A stretch of DNA of 64,000 bases from Eledone cirrhosa (lineage: Eukaryota). The stretch covers positions 20,832,001-20,896,000 of the forward strand of contig OZ024762.1 in the NCBI GenBank assembly GCA_964016885.1, written 5' to 3'. A program made the position numbers and the translations under genes. Of the stretch, positions 50,269-61,999 are shown one piece after another. Numbering within the stretch: the first letter of the stretch is position 1; every line of letters begins with the position of its first letter. The notes under the pieces are model-generated. The model was not told the origin of the DNA. It did no database searches and worked only from the letters and a program-made list of their open reading frames with translations.

Positions 50269-52821
50269 ACAGTAAGGTGGAGGAGTCAATTAAGGCCAAA
50301 AAGCAGGCTTGGAAAGTATGGCGGGATGGGGGAAGTAGAGAAGACTATCAAGTGGCCAGGAGGGAAGCTAGGAGACAAGTGTACTTCGCAAGAAGGGAAG
50401 CAGAGGAAAGAAAGTTCAAGCATGTTCTACAACGTGAGGACCAAAAACGTGAGGTGTTCAGGATTGCCAGGCAATGTGTCAAGGAAAACCGTGATATTGT
50501 CGGGGAGAAGTGTGTACTTAACGATGATGGCATACTTGCCATCACCGACGCTGATAAGAAGGTAGCTTGGAAGTGTCATTACGAAAGGCTTCTAAATGAG
50601 AACAAATGGGAGAAAGACAGTCTCCCCCAGATCGATCCAATAGAGGGACCAGCAGTGTTAGTTGAAGGTAGTATAATAAGTAAGGCAATCAAAGATATGA
50701 AGACGGGTAAGGCGGCTGGGCCTTCGGAAATAGTTGCTGAGATGCTGAAGGCATCTGGTTCGGTGGGACACACCATGGTCACCCGGATAGTTAACCAAGT
50801 CGTACAGAATGGGGTTGTTCCGAAGGAATGGCGTAGCAGCATCATCGTTAACTGCTATAAGGGAAAAGGAGATGCCCTAGATAGGAGTAACTATAGAGGC
50901 ATTAAATTAATCGACCAGGTCATGAAGGTCACAGAAAAAGTAATAGCGCAACTAATCAGAGAGAGAATTGATCTAGATGAAATGCAGTTCGGGTTTGTGT
51001 CAGGCAAAAGTACCACAGACGCTCTTTTCATTGTACGACAACTACAGGAGAAGTACCTAGCTAAAAGTAAACCCCTATACTTAGCTTTCGTCGACTTGGA
51101 GAAAGCCTTCGACAGAGTCCCCCGTTCCATTATCTGGTGGTCTCTTAGAAAACTAGGTGTTGACGAATGGCTTGTGAGAGCTATACAAGCCATGTATAAA
51201 GAAACAGTCAGTAAGGTTAGAATTAACAACGAATATAGTGAAGAGTTTAGCGTAAAAGTTGGTGTCCATCAGGGCTCTGTTCTTAGCCCCCTACTATTTA
51301 TTATTGCCCTTCAGGCTGTAACAGAGGAGTTCAAGACCGGCTGCCCATGGGAACTCCTATACGCAGATGATCTAACGCTCATAGCTGAATCAATGACCGA
51401 ACTAGAAAAGAAATTCCAAACATGGAAGCACGGCCTAGAATCAAAAGGCCTTAAAATTAACCTGGCTAAGACTAAAGTTCTAGTTTGTAGGAAAGAAAAT
51501 AAGGCGGCGGTCCCATCTGGGAAATGGCCATGCTCAGTGTGTAGGAAAGGCGTAGGTAGAAACTCCATTTTATGTCCCAAATGCAAAGTATGGGTGCATA
51601 AAAGATGTAGTGGGATCACAGGTAAGCTAACTAAGAACATAGATTTTACATGTGGCCGGTGCTCTGGTGCAATAAGTAGCAGCAAGTGCCCACAAAATAC
51701 TAGCTCCTTCAACTGCGCAGAGGGTTCTATAGAAATAGTGGACAGCTTCCGTTATCTGGGTGACAAAATCAGCAGTGGGGGAGGGTGCTCTGAAAGTACA
51801 GTAGCTAGAGTCAGAACTGGATGGAAAAAGTTCAGAGAGCTTATACCACTATTAGCCGCTAGAGGGTTCTCCCTGAAAATGAAAGGCAGGTTATACGATG
51901 CCTGCATACGAACAGCAATGCTGCATGGCAGTGAGACCTGGGCATTGTGTGCAGAGGATATACGCAGACTAGAGAGGAACGAAGCTTGCATGCTCCGCTG
52001 GATGTGCAATAGTAATATACGTGAACGGCAAAGCATAAACGAACTAAGGAAAAAATTAGAAATAAGAGGGATCAGATGTTGTTTACTCGAGAGAAGGCTA
52101 CGTTGGTACGGTCACGTGATGCGCATGAAAGACGACAGCTGTATAACAAAGTGCAGGGCAATAAAGATAGACGGTAGCCACGGAGTAGGCAGACCCAGAA
52201 AAACATGGAACGAGCTGATAAATTCCGACCTCACACGCTTACACCTCTCCAAGACAATGTCACTGGACCGAGACCTTTGGCGGTACTCAGTAATAGAGAA
52301 GACCCGCCTTACCTAAATACAAAGTAAAAACCTACTACAGTCAGTAGGCATCTCTATCAAAACACACCCCCGTCCCACCACCTCCACCCCACCCACACCG
52401 CCCCTTTCAATGTAAAGTTATGTTGGTCCCACAACATCCAGGCCGAAACAAATGAGATCGTGTAGGTGTCACGACAAAAAACACACAGTCCACGCTGTAA
52501 ATGTGGCCGTGTAGGCAACACGGTAAAAACCTCCCAGCCCCACACTGTAAATGTGGTTGGTGTTAGGAAGGGCATCCAGCTGTAGAAAACCCGCCAGACA
52601 TCCACGCTGTAATGTGGCCGTGTAGGCAACACGGTAAAAACCTCCCAGCCCCACACTGTAAATGTGGTTGGTGTTAGGAAGGGCATCCAACTGTAGAAAA
52701 CCCGCCAGACAGTCCTATGCGAGCAAGACAACCACTCTTGCCTCAAGTGGGAAAACCCCCGTCCAAACCCATGCAAGCGTGGAACACGGACGCTAAACCT
52801 GATGATGATGATGATGATGAT
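50269..52821 (+). mobile_element. 5'-truncated RTE-clade LINE, copy 1
   Basis: RT ORF, then a 3' UTR with an internal ~111-bp duplication (52489-52711), then a (GAT)n tail. Begins directly after (TA)n. No APE endonuclease domain is present. Confidence 0.95.
50277..52316 (+). CDS. RTE non-LTR retrotransposon reverse transcriptase (N-terminally truncated) with embedded PHD finger
   Basis: Motifs YKGKGD..NYRGIKL, QFGF, FVDLEKAFDRV, GVHQGSVLSPLLF, YADD, GLKIN..KTK, FRYLG, RLRWYGHV.R and GRPRKTW. Uninterrupted 679 codons, but the start is a GTG at the truncation point. Confidence 0.93.
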   Translation: MEESIKAKKQAWKVWRDGGSREDYQVARREARRQVYFARREAEERKFKHVLQREDQKREVFRIARQCVKENRDIVGEKCVLNDDGILAITDADKKVAWKCHYERLLNENKWEKDSLPQIDPIEGPAVLVEGSIISKAIKDMKTGKAAGPSEIVAEMLKASGSVGHTMVTRIVNQVVQNGVVPKEWRSSIIVNCYKGKGDALDRSNYRGIKLIDQVMKVTEKVIAQLIRERIDLDEMQFGFVSGKSTTDALFIVRQLQEKYLAKSKPLYLAFVDLEKAFDRVPRSIIWWSLRKLGVDEWLVRAIQAMYKETVSKVRINNEYSEEFSVKVGVHQGSVLSPLLFIIALQAVTEEFKTGCPWELLYADDLTLIAESMTELEKKFQTWKHGLESKGLKINLAKTKVLVCRKENKAAVPSGKWPCSVCRKGVGRNSILCPKCKVWVHKRCSGITGKLTKNIDFTCGRCSGAISSSKCPQNTSSFNCAEGSIEIVDSFRYLGDKISSGGGCSESTVARVRTGWKKFRELIPLLAARGFSLKMKGRLYDACIRTAMLHGSETWALCAEDIRRLERNEACMLRWMCNSNIRERQSINELRKKLEIRGIRCCLLERRLRWYGHVMRMKDDSCITKCRAIKIDGSHGVGRPRKTWNELINSDLTRLHLSKTMSLDRDLWRYSVIEKTRLT

Positions 52822-52895
52822 ATATATATATATATATACTCACACACACACATATATATATACTTTTACATGTATATATATACACACACACACAT

Positions 52896-54572
52896 CTACA
52901 GGAGAAGTACCTAGCTAAAGGTAAACCCCTCTACTTAGCTTTTGTCGACTTGGAGAAAGCCTTCGACAGAGTCCCCCGCTCCATTATCTGGTGGGCTCTT
53001 AGAAAACTAGGCGTTGACGAATGGCTTGTGAGGGCTATACAAGCCATGTATAAAGAAACAGTCAGCAAGGTTAGAATTAACAACGAATATAGTGAAGAGT
53101 TTAGCGTAAAAGTTGGCGTCCATCAGGGCTCTGTTCTCAGTCCACTACTATTTATTATTGCCCTTCAGGCTATAACAGAGGAGTTCAAGACAGGCTGCCC
53201 ATGGGAACTCCTATACGCAGACGACCTGACACTCATAGCGGAATCAATGGCCGAGCTAGAGAAGAAATTCCAAACATGGAAGCACGGCCTAGAGTCAAAA
53301 GGACTTAAAATTAACCTGGCTAAGACCAAAGTACTAGTTTGTAGGAAAGAAAACAAGGCGGCGGTCCCTTCTGGGAAATGGTCGTGCTCGGTGTGTAGGA
53401 AAGGCGTAGGTAGAAACTCCATTTTATGTCCTAAATGCAAAGTATGGGTGCATAAAAGATGTAGTGGGATCACAGGTAAGCTAACTAAGAACATAGATTT
53501 TACATGTGGCCGGTGCTCTGGTGCAATAAGTAGCAGCAAGTGCCCACAAACTACTAGCTCTTTCAATTGCGCAGAGGGTTCTATAGAAATAGTGGACAGC
53601 TTCCGTTACCTGGGCGATAAAATCAGCAGTGGGGGAGGGTGCTCTGAAAGTACTGTAGCTAGAGTCAGAACTGGTTGGAAAAAGTTCAGAGAGCTTATAC
53701 CACTATTAGCTGCTAAAGGGTTCTCACTAAAAATGAAAGGCAGGTTGTACGATGCCTGCATACGAACAGCAATGCTGCATGGCAGTGAGACCTGGGCATT
53801 GTGTGCAGAGGATATACGCAGACTAGAGAGGAACGAAGCTTGCATGCTCCGCTGGATGTGTAACAGTAATATACGTGAACGGCAAAGCATAAACGAACTA
53901 AGGAAAAAATTAGAGATAAGAGGGATCAGATGTTGTTTACTCGAGAGAAGGCTACGTTGGTATGGACACGTGATGCGCATGAAAGTCGATAGCTGTATAA
54001 CAAAGTGCAGGGCAATAAAGATAGACGGTAGTCACGGAATAGGCAGACCTAGAAAAACCTGGGACGAGCTGATAAACTCCAACATCACACACTTACACCT
54101 CTCCAAGACAATGTCACTGGACCGAGACCTTTGGCGGTACTCAGTAACAGAGAAGACCCGCCTTACCTAAATATATAGTAAAACCTACTCCAGCCAGTAG
54201 GCATCTCTAACAAAATACACCCCGTCCCACCACCACCACCACCCCCACCCGATCCACACCACCCCGTTCTATGTAAAGTTATGTTGGTGCCGCGCCATCG
54301 AGGCCGAAACAAATGAGATCGTGTAGGTGTCACGACAAAAAAACACACAGTCCACGCTGTAATGTGGCCGTGTAGGCAACACGGTAAAAACCTCCCAGAC
54401 CCACACTGTAAATGTGGTTGGTGTTAGGAAGGGCATCCAACTGTAGAAAACCTGCCAGACAGTCCTATGCGAGCAAGACAATCACTCTTGCCTCAAGTGG
54501 GACTACCCCCGTCCAAACCCATGCAAGCGTGGAACACGGACGTTAAACGTTGATGATGATGATGATGATGAT
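52896..54572 (+). mobile_element. 5'-truncated RTE-clade LINE, copy 2
   Basis: Starts at ctacaggagaagtacc (equivalent to 51042 of copy 1). Frame is open to the stop at 54170, followed by the 3' UTR and (GAT)n. Confidence 0.95.
52950..54170 (+). CDS. RTE reverse transcriptase, C-terminal part (truncated)
   Basis: 406 aa, nearly identical to the C-terminal part of the 50277 ORF. Confidence 0.9.
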   Translation: MEKAFDRVPRSIIWWALRKLGVDEWLVRAIQAMYKETVSKVRINNEYSEEFSVKVGVHQGSVLSPLLFIIALQAITEEFKTGCPWELLYADDLTLIAESMAELEKKFQTWKHGLESKGLKINLAKTKVLVCRKENKAAVPSGKWSCSVCRKGVGRNSILCPKCKVWVHKRCSGITGKLTKNIDFTCGRCSGAISSSKCPQTTSSFNCAEGSIEIVDSFRYLGDKISSGGGCSESTVARVRTGWKKFRELIPLLAAKGFSLKMKGRLYDACIRTAMLHGSETWALCAEDIRRLERNEACMLRWMCNSNIRERQSINELRKKLEIRGIRCCLLERRLRWYGHVMRMKVDSCITKCRAIKIDGSHGIGRPRKTWDELINSNITHLHLSKTMSLDRDLWRYSVTEKTRLT

Positions 54573-54581
54573 ATATATGCC

Positions 54582-54618
<37 letters not shown>

Positions 54619-55021
54619 ACACACACACACACATACACACACACACACATACACACACACACACACATATATATATACACACGTACACGTACACACACAC
54701 ACACACACACATATATGTATATATTTATATATATGCCTATACACGCGCGCACACAGACATGCATACATACATATATATAAACACACACACACACACATGT
54801 GTATCTGTGTGTTATTACTGGGTATCTTATCTAGTTCTGAAAACTGCTCTGCTGACTGAGGTGAGGAAGGAGGCAACACTGCAGTAGTACTAGACAATCA
54901 ATATATAACCCACTTTCAATAAGCAAGCTACAAGTAGACAATGATTTTTGCCCTTGTTTATTGAGAATATTCATGAATATAAATCACTTGCTCGAATATA
55001 GTTGCTGCAACCTTTACTGGT

Positions 55022-55059
55022 TATATATGTGTGTATATATATGTGTGGGTATGTGTGTA

Positions 55060-55108
<49 letters not shown>

Positions 55109-55165
55109 GTATAAGAGTATATATATATATATATGTGTGGGTATGTGTGTAATATATGTGTGTGA

Positions 55166-55196
<31 letters not shown>

Positions 55197-55252
55197 CATG
55201 TGTATGTATAAGAGTATATATATATATATATATATGTGTGGGTATGTGTTTA

Positions 55253-55288
<36 letters not shown>

Positions 55289-55342
55289 TGTATAAGAGTA
55301 TATATATATATATGTGTGGGTATGTGTGTAATATATGTGTGA

Positions 55343-55373
<31 letters not shown>

Positions 55374-55587
55374 CATGTGTATGTATAAGAGTATATATAT
55401 ATATATGTGTGGGTATGTGTGTAATATATATGTGTGAGTGTATGTGTGTGAGTGTATGTGTGTGTGTGTGTGTATATATATACATATGTGTATGTATAAG
55501 AGTATATATATATGTGTGGGTATGTGTGTAATATATATGTGTGAGTGTATATGTATGAATATATATACATATGTGTATGTATAAGAG

Positions 55588-55621
<34 letters not shown>

Positions 55622-56434
55622 GGTATGTGTGTATATATATGTGTGGGTATGTGTGTATATATATATGTGTGGGTATGTGTGTATATATATATGTGTGGGT
55701 ATGTTTGTATATATATATGTGTGGGTATGTGTGTATATATTTGTGTGGGTATGTGTGTAATATGTGTGTGTGTGTATATGTATATATATATATGTGTGTA
55801 TATATACGTGTATGTATGAGTATATATATATATGTATATATATATATGTGTGTATATATACGTGTATGTATGAGTATATATATATATACATATATATGTG
55901 TGTATATATATGTGTATGTGTAATATGTGTGTGTGTATATATATGTGTATATACATATGTGTATGTATAAGAGACTATATATATATGTGTGTGTGCATGT
56001 GTATGTATATATATGTGTATGTATCTGTATATGTATATACGTGTCTATGTATGTATATATATGTATATATACATGTGTATATGTATGTATACATGTGTAT
56101 ATGTATGTATATATGTATGTGTATATATATATACACGTGTCTATACATGTGTATATGTATGTATACATGTGTATATGTATGTGTGTATGTATGTGTGTAT
56201 ATATATATACGTGTCTATATATATGTATATGTATATGTATGTATGTGTGTGTATATATATATACGTGTCTATATATATGTATATGTATATATATGCATGT
56301 GTGTGTGTATATATATATACGTGTCTATATATATGTATATGTATATATATGCATGTGTGTGTGTATATATATATATATGTGTGTGTGTGTGTATGTATAT
56401 ATATGTGTGTGTGTTTATGTTTGTGTATATATAA

Positions 56435-56490
<56 letters not shown>
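55022..56490. repeat. (TA)n/(TG)n compound microsatellite with interspersed repeated motifs
   Basis: Direct inspection. Recurring gtataagagta and gtgtgggtatgtgtg. Confidence 0.96.
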
Positions 56491-56492
<2 letters not shown>

Positions 56493-56752
56493 TGTAGACC
56501 TATTGATATATCTTAGCAGCAGTTTCAGAGAAAATAGGATAAATGAAATGAAATCAGATGTTTGTAGATGTTTTAATGATTAATCAATCTCTGTCCCCCA
56601 CCCCCAGTTCAGACACACACATAATCGCAGAGATACCCCCCCCCCCCCCCCGCACACACACACACAGAATCCCTGGCATAAGTTGATCTTTAAAAATAAA
56701 CAAAGATTGTTACAAAACATTCATTTCGTGTTCTGATATCTAATATATATAC

Positions 56753-56805
<53 letters not shown>

Positions 56806-56867
56806 AATTCACACGTATATTTATATATTTATGTATGTGTGTATATAATCATTTTCATTATTATCAC

Positions 56868-57220
56868 AGCAGATTGGCAGTATATCGGCAGAGCGTTGGA
56901 CATTATGCTTTATGGCATATCGTTATGGCATATCGTTATGGCCTTTTACGTTCTAATTTGAAATCCTGCCAAGGTTAGCTTTGCCATTTATTTTTACGGG
57001 GTCAATAAAATAAAGTACCAGTAATGCACTGGATTTGATTTAATTGATTTTCCCCTTCACCAAAAAAATTTTGGCCTTGTGCCTGAATCAGAAAGCATTC
57101 CCGCCGAGGTTAACTTTGCCTTTCATCCTTACGGGGTCGATAAAATAAAGTACCAGTAATGCACTGGGTAATTTCTAGCCTTGTGCCTAAAGTAGAAACA
57201 ATTATTATCATTATTATTGT
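56868..57220 (+). mobile_element. Two SINE family B copies (second is 5'-truncated)
   Basis: Same motifs as 25815-26490, with (TTA)n tails. Confidence 0.8.
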
Positions 57221-57223
57221 AAT

Positions 57224-59107
57224 AAAATTTTTTCACGCTCAGAGTTGCTGAAGCATGGAACAAACTACCTGCATCAGTTGTTAGCTGTCGAGACACTGCA
57301 TTCTTTAAGGCCTCCATGGAACAAACTACCTGCATCGGTTGTTAGCTGTCGAGACACTGCATTCTTTAAGGCCTCCATGGAACAAACTACCTGCATCGGT
57401 TGTTAGCTGTCGAGACACTGCATTCTTTAAGGCCTCCATGGAACAAACTACCTGCATCGGTTGTTAGCTGTCGAGACACTGCATTCTTTAAGGCCTCCAT
57501 GGAACAAACTACCTGCATCGGTTGTTAGCTGTCGAGACACTGCATTCTTTAAGGCCTCCATGGAACAAACTACCTGCATCGGTTGTTAGCTGTCGAGACA
57601 CTGCATTCTTTAAGGCCTCCATGGAACAAACTACCTGCATCAGTTGTTAGCTGTCGAGACACTGCATTCTTTAAGGCCTCCATGGAACAAACTACCTGCA
57701 TCGGTTGTTAGCTGTCGAGACACTGCATTCTTTAAGGCCTCCATGGAACAAACTACCTGCATCGGTTGTTAGCTGTCGAGACACTGCATTCTTTAAGGCC
57801 TCCATGGAACAAACTACCTGCATCGGTTGTTAGCTGTCGAGACACTGCATCCTTTAAGGCCTCCATGGAACAAACTACCTGCATCAGTTGTTAGCTGTCG
57901 AGACACTGCATCCTTTAAGGCCTCCATGGAACAAACTACCTGCATCGGTTGTTAGCTGTCGAGAGACTGCATCCTTTAAGGCCTCCATGGAACAAACTAC
58001 CTGCATCAGTTGTTAGCTGTCGAGACACTGCATTCTTTAAGGCCTCCATGGAACAAACTACCTGCATCGGTTGTTAGCTGTCGAGACACTGCATCCTTTA
58101 AGGCCTCCATGGAACAAACTACCTGCATCAGTTGTTAGCTGTCGAGACACTGCATTCTTTAAGGCCTCCATGGAACAAACTACCTGCATCGGTTGTTAGC
58201 TGTCGAGACACTGCATCCTTTAAGGCCTCCATGGAACAAACTACCTGCATCAGTTGTTAGCTGTCGAGACACTGCATTCTTTAAGGCCTCCATGGAACAA
58301 ACTACCTGCATCAGTTGTTAGCTGTCGAGACACTGCATCCTTTAAGGCCTCCATGGAACAAACTACCTGCATCGGTTGTTAGCTGTCGAGACACTGCATC
58401 CTTTAAGGCCTCCATGGAACAAACTACCTGCATCAGTTGTTAGCTGTCGAGACACTGCATCCTTTAAGGCCTCCATGGAACAAACTACCTGCATCAGTTG
58501 TTAGCTGTCGAGACACTGCATCCTTTAAGGCCTCCATGGAACAAACTACCTGCATCAGTTGTTAGCTGTCGAGACACTGCATCCTTTAAGGCCTCCATGG
58601 AACAAACTACCTGCATCAGTTGTTAGCTGTCGAGACACTGCATCCTTTAAGGCCTCCATGGAACAAACTACCTGCATCAGTTGTTAGCTGTCGAGACACT
58701 GCATCCTTTAAGGCCTCCATGGAACAAACTACCTGCATCAGTTGTTAGCTGTCGAGACACTGCATCCTTTAAGGCCTCCATGGAACAAACTACCTGCATC
58801 AGTTGTTAGCTGTCGAGACACTGCATCCTTTAAGGCCTCCATGGAACAAACTACCTGCATCGGTTGTTAGCTGTCGAGACACTGCATTCTTTAAGGCCTC
58901 CATGGAACAAACTACCTGCATCGGTTGTTAGCTGTCGAGACACTGCATCCTTTAAGGCCTCCATGCTTCCCGAGATCCGCCAACACTACAGTTAACACAT
59001 ACACACATTTACTTCCCTGACATTTGTGTATTATTCTATGTACTATACATACACCTTTGACGAGTTGTAGTGCACCTGAGCACTTTACACAATAATTTCA
59101 TTATTAA
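57224..59107 (+). mobile_element. CR1/L2-type LINE 3' end containing a 61-bp minisatellite
   Basis: Collapsing the array gives FFTLRVAEAWNKLPASVVSCRDTASFKASMLPEIRQHY, the typical FF..RV...WN.LP..VV.....FK C-terminus. A short 3' UTR and (TTA) tail follow. Confidence 0.8.
57254..58965. repeat. 61-bp minisatellite, 28 copies
   Basis: Unit catggaacaaactacctgcatcggttgttagctgtcgagacactgcattctttaaggcctc. 57254 to 58962 is 1708 bp = 28 x 61. Confidence 0.98.
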
Positions 59108-60925
59108 AGGCAGTGGATTGGCAGCATCGGTAGAGCGTTGGACAACATGCTTTGCAGCATTGAGTTACGGTCTTTTATGTTCTGTGTTCGAATCCCGCCG
59201 AGGTTAACTTTGCCTTTCGTTCTGATGGGGTTGATAAAATAAAGTACCAGTAACATACTGGGGTTGATTTAATCGACTTTCCATTTCCCCCAAATTACTG
59301 GCTTTGTGCCTATACTAGAAATCATTATTATCAAGGGCAGTGGATTGGCACTATCGGTGGAGAGTCGGACGCCATGCTTTCCAGCATAGTTACGTCCCTT
59401 TACGATCTGAGTTCAAATCCCGCCGAGGTTGACTTTGCCTTTCATCCTTACGTGGTCGATAAAATAAAGTACCAGTAATGCACTGGGTAATTGCTGGCCT
59501 TGTGCCAAAAAGTAGAACCAATTATTATTATTATTATTAAATATGCAGACCTTGCAGGTGCTATTAGAACTTATCGCCATATAGAGACAGAAGTCCTGCC
59601 AATCGTTAATAGGGTTAGGGTGTTAGGCGCAGTCTCTAAATCTCTTACATCTTTCATCAAAATGTCTCGGGATCCCCGACTTCATAGGCAGTGCCCAAAC
59701 CTCTACCATCACTAGCACTCCCAGAATCCTACAAGGACTGATTTTAGGCCAATTACATGCTTCACTGAGCAACTGATTGCTAGAGAAACCTTGCGAAAAA
59801 AAAACAAAAAAAATATTACTATTATTATTATTGTTCATTGGGCGGTGGATTGGCAGTATCGGTGGAGCATCAGACAACGTTTTGTAACATAGTTATGGCC
59901 CTTTACGTTCTGAGTTCAAATCCCGCCGAGGTTAACTTTGCCTTTCATCCTTACGGGGTCGATAAAATAAAGTACCAGTAATACACTGGGGGCAATGTAA
60001 TTGACTTTCCCTTTCTTCTCCCTCCAAAATTGCTGGCCTTGTGCCTATATCAGAAATCATTATTTTTATTGTTCATTTCATTCTGGCCTTGTTCCGAAAT
60101 TAGAAACCGTTATTTATTTCACTAATGAATCTGAATGTAAAAAAAAAAAAAAAAGAATGCCAGAATTCTAATTTGCACCTGAAATATCTTAACCACTGAT
60201 TAATCTGTTATTGATGTTGTTGTTGTTGTTGTTGTTTACCTCAACACTTAATGACTTTCAAAAACAAACAAACCAACAATTTTATTCATTCATTTGTTTT
60301 TATTACCAAAAACAAACAAACAATATATATACACACACACACATATTTATGTGTATATTTACATATATATATATATACACACACACACTTGTGTGTGTAA
60401 CAAATATTTTTAAAAAATCAACACACATTTTAAAGTATTCCAATTTACTTCTATTTTTCCCCCCCATCACATTAACTATGAATTCAGTATATACAGCACA
60501 TTATTATCATTGTGGATTGGCAGTATCGATAGAGGGTCGGACGCCATGTTTTGCAGCAAAGAGTTACGGCCCTTTATGGTCTGAGTTCAAATCCCGCCGA
60601 GGTTAACTTTGCCTTTCATCTTTACGGGGTCGATAAAATAAAACACCAGTAATACACTGAGATAATTGCTGGCCTTGTGCCAAAAGTAGAAACAATTATC
60701 ATTATTATTACTTTGATAAGGGCGGTGGATTGGCAGTATCGGTAGAGGGTCGGACGCCATGCTTTGACGCATAGAGTTACGGCCCTTGCCATTCTGAGTT
60801 CAAATCCCGCCGAGGTTAACTTTGCCTTTCATCTTTACGGGGTCGATAAAATAAAGCACCAGTAATACACTGAGATAATTGCTGGCCTTGTACCAAAAGT
60901 AGAAACAATTATCATTATTATTACT
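59108..60925 (+). mobile_element. Cluster of five SINE family B copies (~59108, 59335, 59839, 60510, 60720)
   Basis: Repeated ggcggtggattggcagtatcggt...gagttcaaatcccgccgaggttaactttgcctttcatc...gataaaataaagtaccagt with (TTA)n tails. Confidence 0.87.
59539..59795 (+). mobile_element. R4/Dong-like retrotransposon 3' fragment (restriction-like endonuclease end)
   Basis: KYADLAGAIRTYRHIETEVLPIV..VLGAVSKSL resembles the KY..L..E......V.P.V.GALG motif. Confidence 0.55.
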
Positions 60926-60929
60926 TTGA

Positions 60930-61940
60930 TATGTCGGTCATTGTTGTTATTTAACTGGAAAATTTGCCCTAATGTACATGAAGCTGCTACTTGCAGCCTC
61001 AGATATTCAGGATGTACAGGACGGTCCTTGTTGTTCTGTAGGCATGCATTCTGGAGTGTTCCATAAAGGGCGTATGGGATAATGTTCTTTAACCAGCCAA
61101 GGAAGCTCTTTGTCATCGTACCTAGTGCCCCCATGATGATGATGATGAGGAGGATTTGATCTCATGACAGTCCCAAATCATTTTCTTGCACTCTTGTGTC
61201 AAAGGGGCAAGCTATATCTATAATCAAGCAAGATCTGTTTTCCATTGTCAAAAACAACCAGGTCAGGCCTATTGTGTTCTAGTTCTTTGTCCGTTTGTAT
61301 CCTGAAATCCCACAGCACCTTCCCCTGGTCGTTTTCTATCACCAACTCTGGCTTATGCTCATACCATTTCTCAGAATGAGGTAATTTGTTCAGTTTGCAT
61401 AAATACTGGTGAATCACTTTTTCTATGATATCATGCCTCTATCCTTTATAGTGAGCCTGGGCTAGGTGTTTATACTTGGATGTGATGTGAGCTACAGTTT
61501 CCTTTCTCCACAGATCCTACAGAGTGGGCTAGCCTCTTCCTTGTCAATATGGTGTTTCATCCACTTCATTCTAAGGGCTTGCTCCTGTGTAGCCAGTAGC
61601 ATTCCCTCTGTGGCTTTCTTAAGGTCTCCTTTTCTTAACCAGTTCCATGTCTGCAGATTTCTGAATTTTCTTTAAAAAGATGCTCTGAAGGGTCTTTTCA
61701 TTCAGGTTGTTCTTCTTCTTTGTTGTTACTTCTTTCTTGGACATCCCCTAGTTTATTTTCTCCTCCGTCAATACAGCTCTAAGCTTTGGATTGTTAGTTT
61801 CAGACACATTTATGTAGACAGCACTTCTCCATCTGAACACAGTCCTCCATGCTGATTAGATCTCTTCCACATTCAGATCTCCTTAAGTACAGTTTATCAA
61901 CATCACCCTTCTTATAAAATATACTGTACATGGTCAATAA
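60930..61940 (-). pseudogene. Decayed R4/Dong-clade non-LTR retrotransposon (post-RT region, zinc knuckle, RLE domain)
   Basis: Minus strand gives DVDKLYLRRSECGRDL, LKKATEGMLLATQEQAL, LCRICGE.KETVAHI, KWYEHKPE.VIEN, LWDFRIQTDKELEHNRPDLVV and MGALG, with frameshifts and stops. Confidence 0.85.
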
Positions 61941-61999
61941 TTTCCCAAAAATGTATGGCCTTGTGCCTAAATCAGAAACCATTATCTCTATTATTATAT

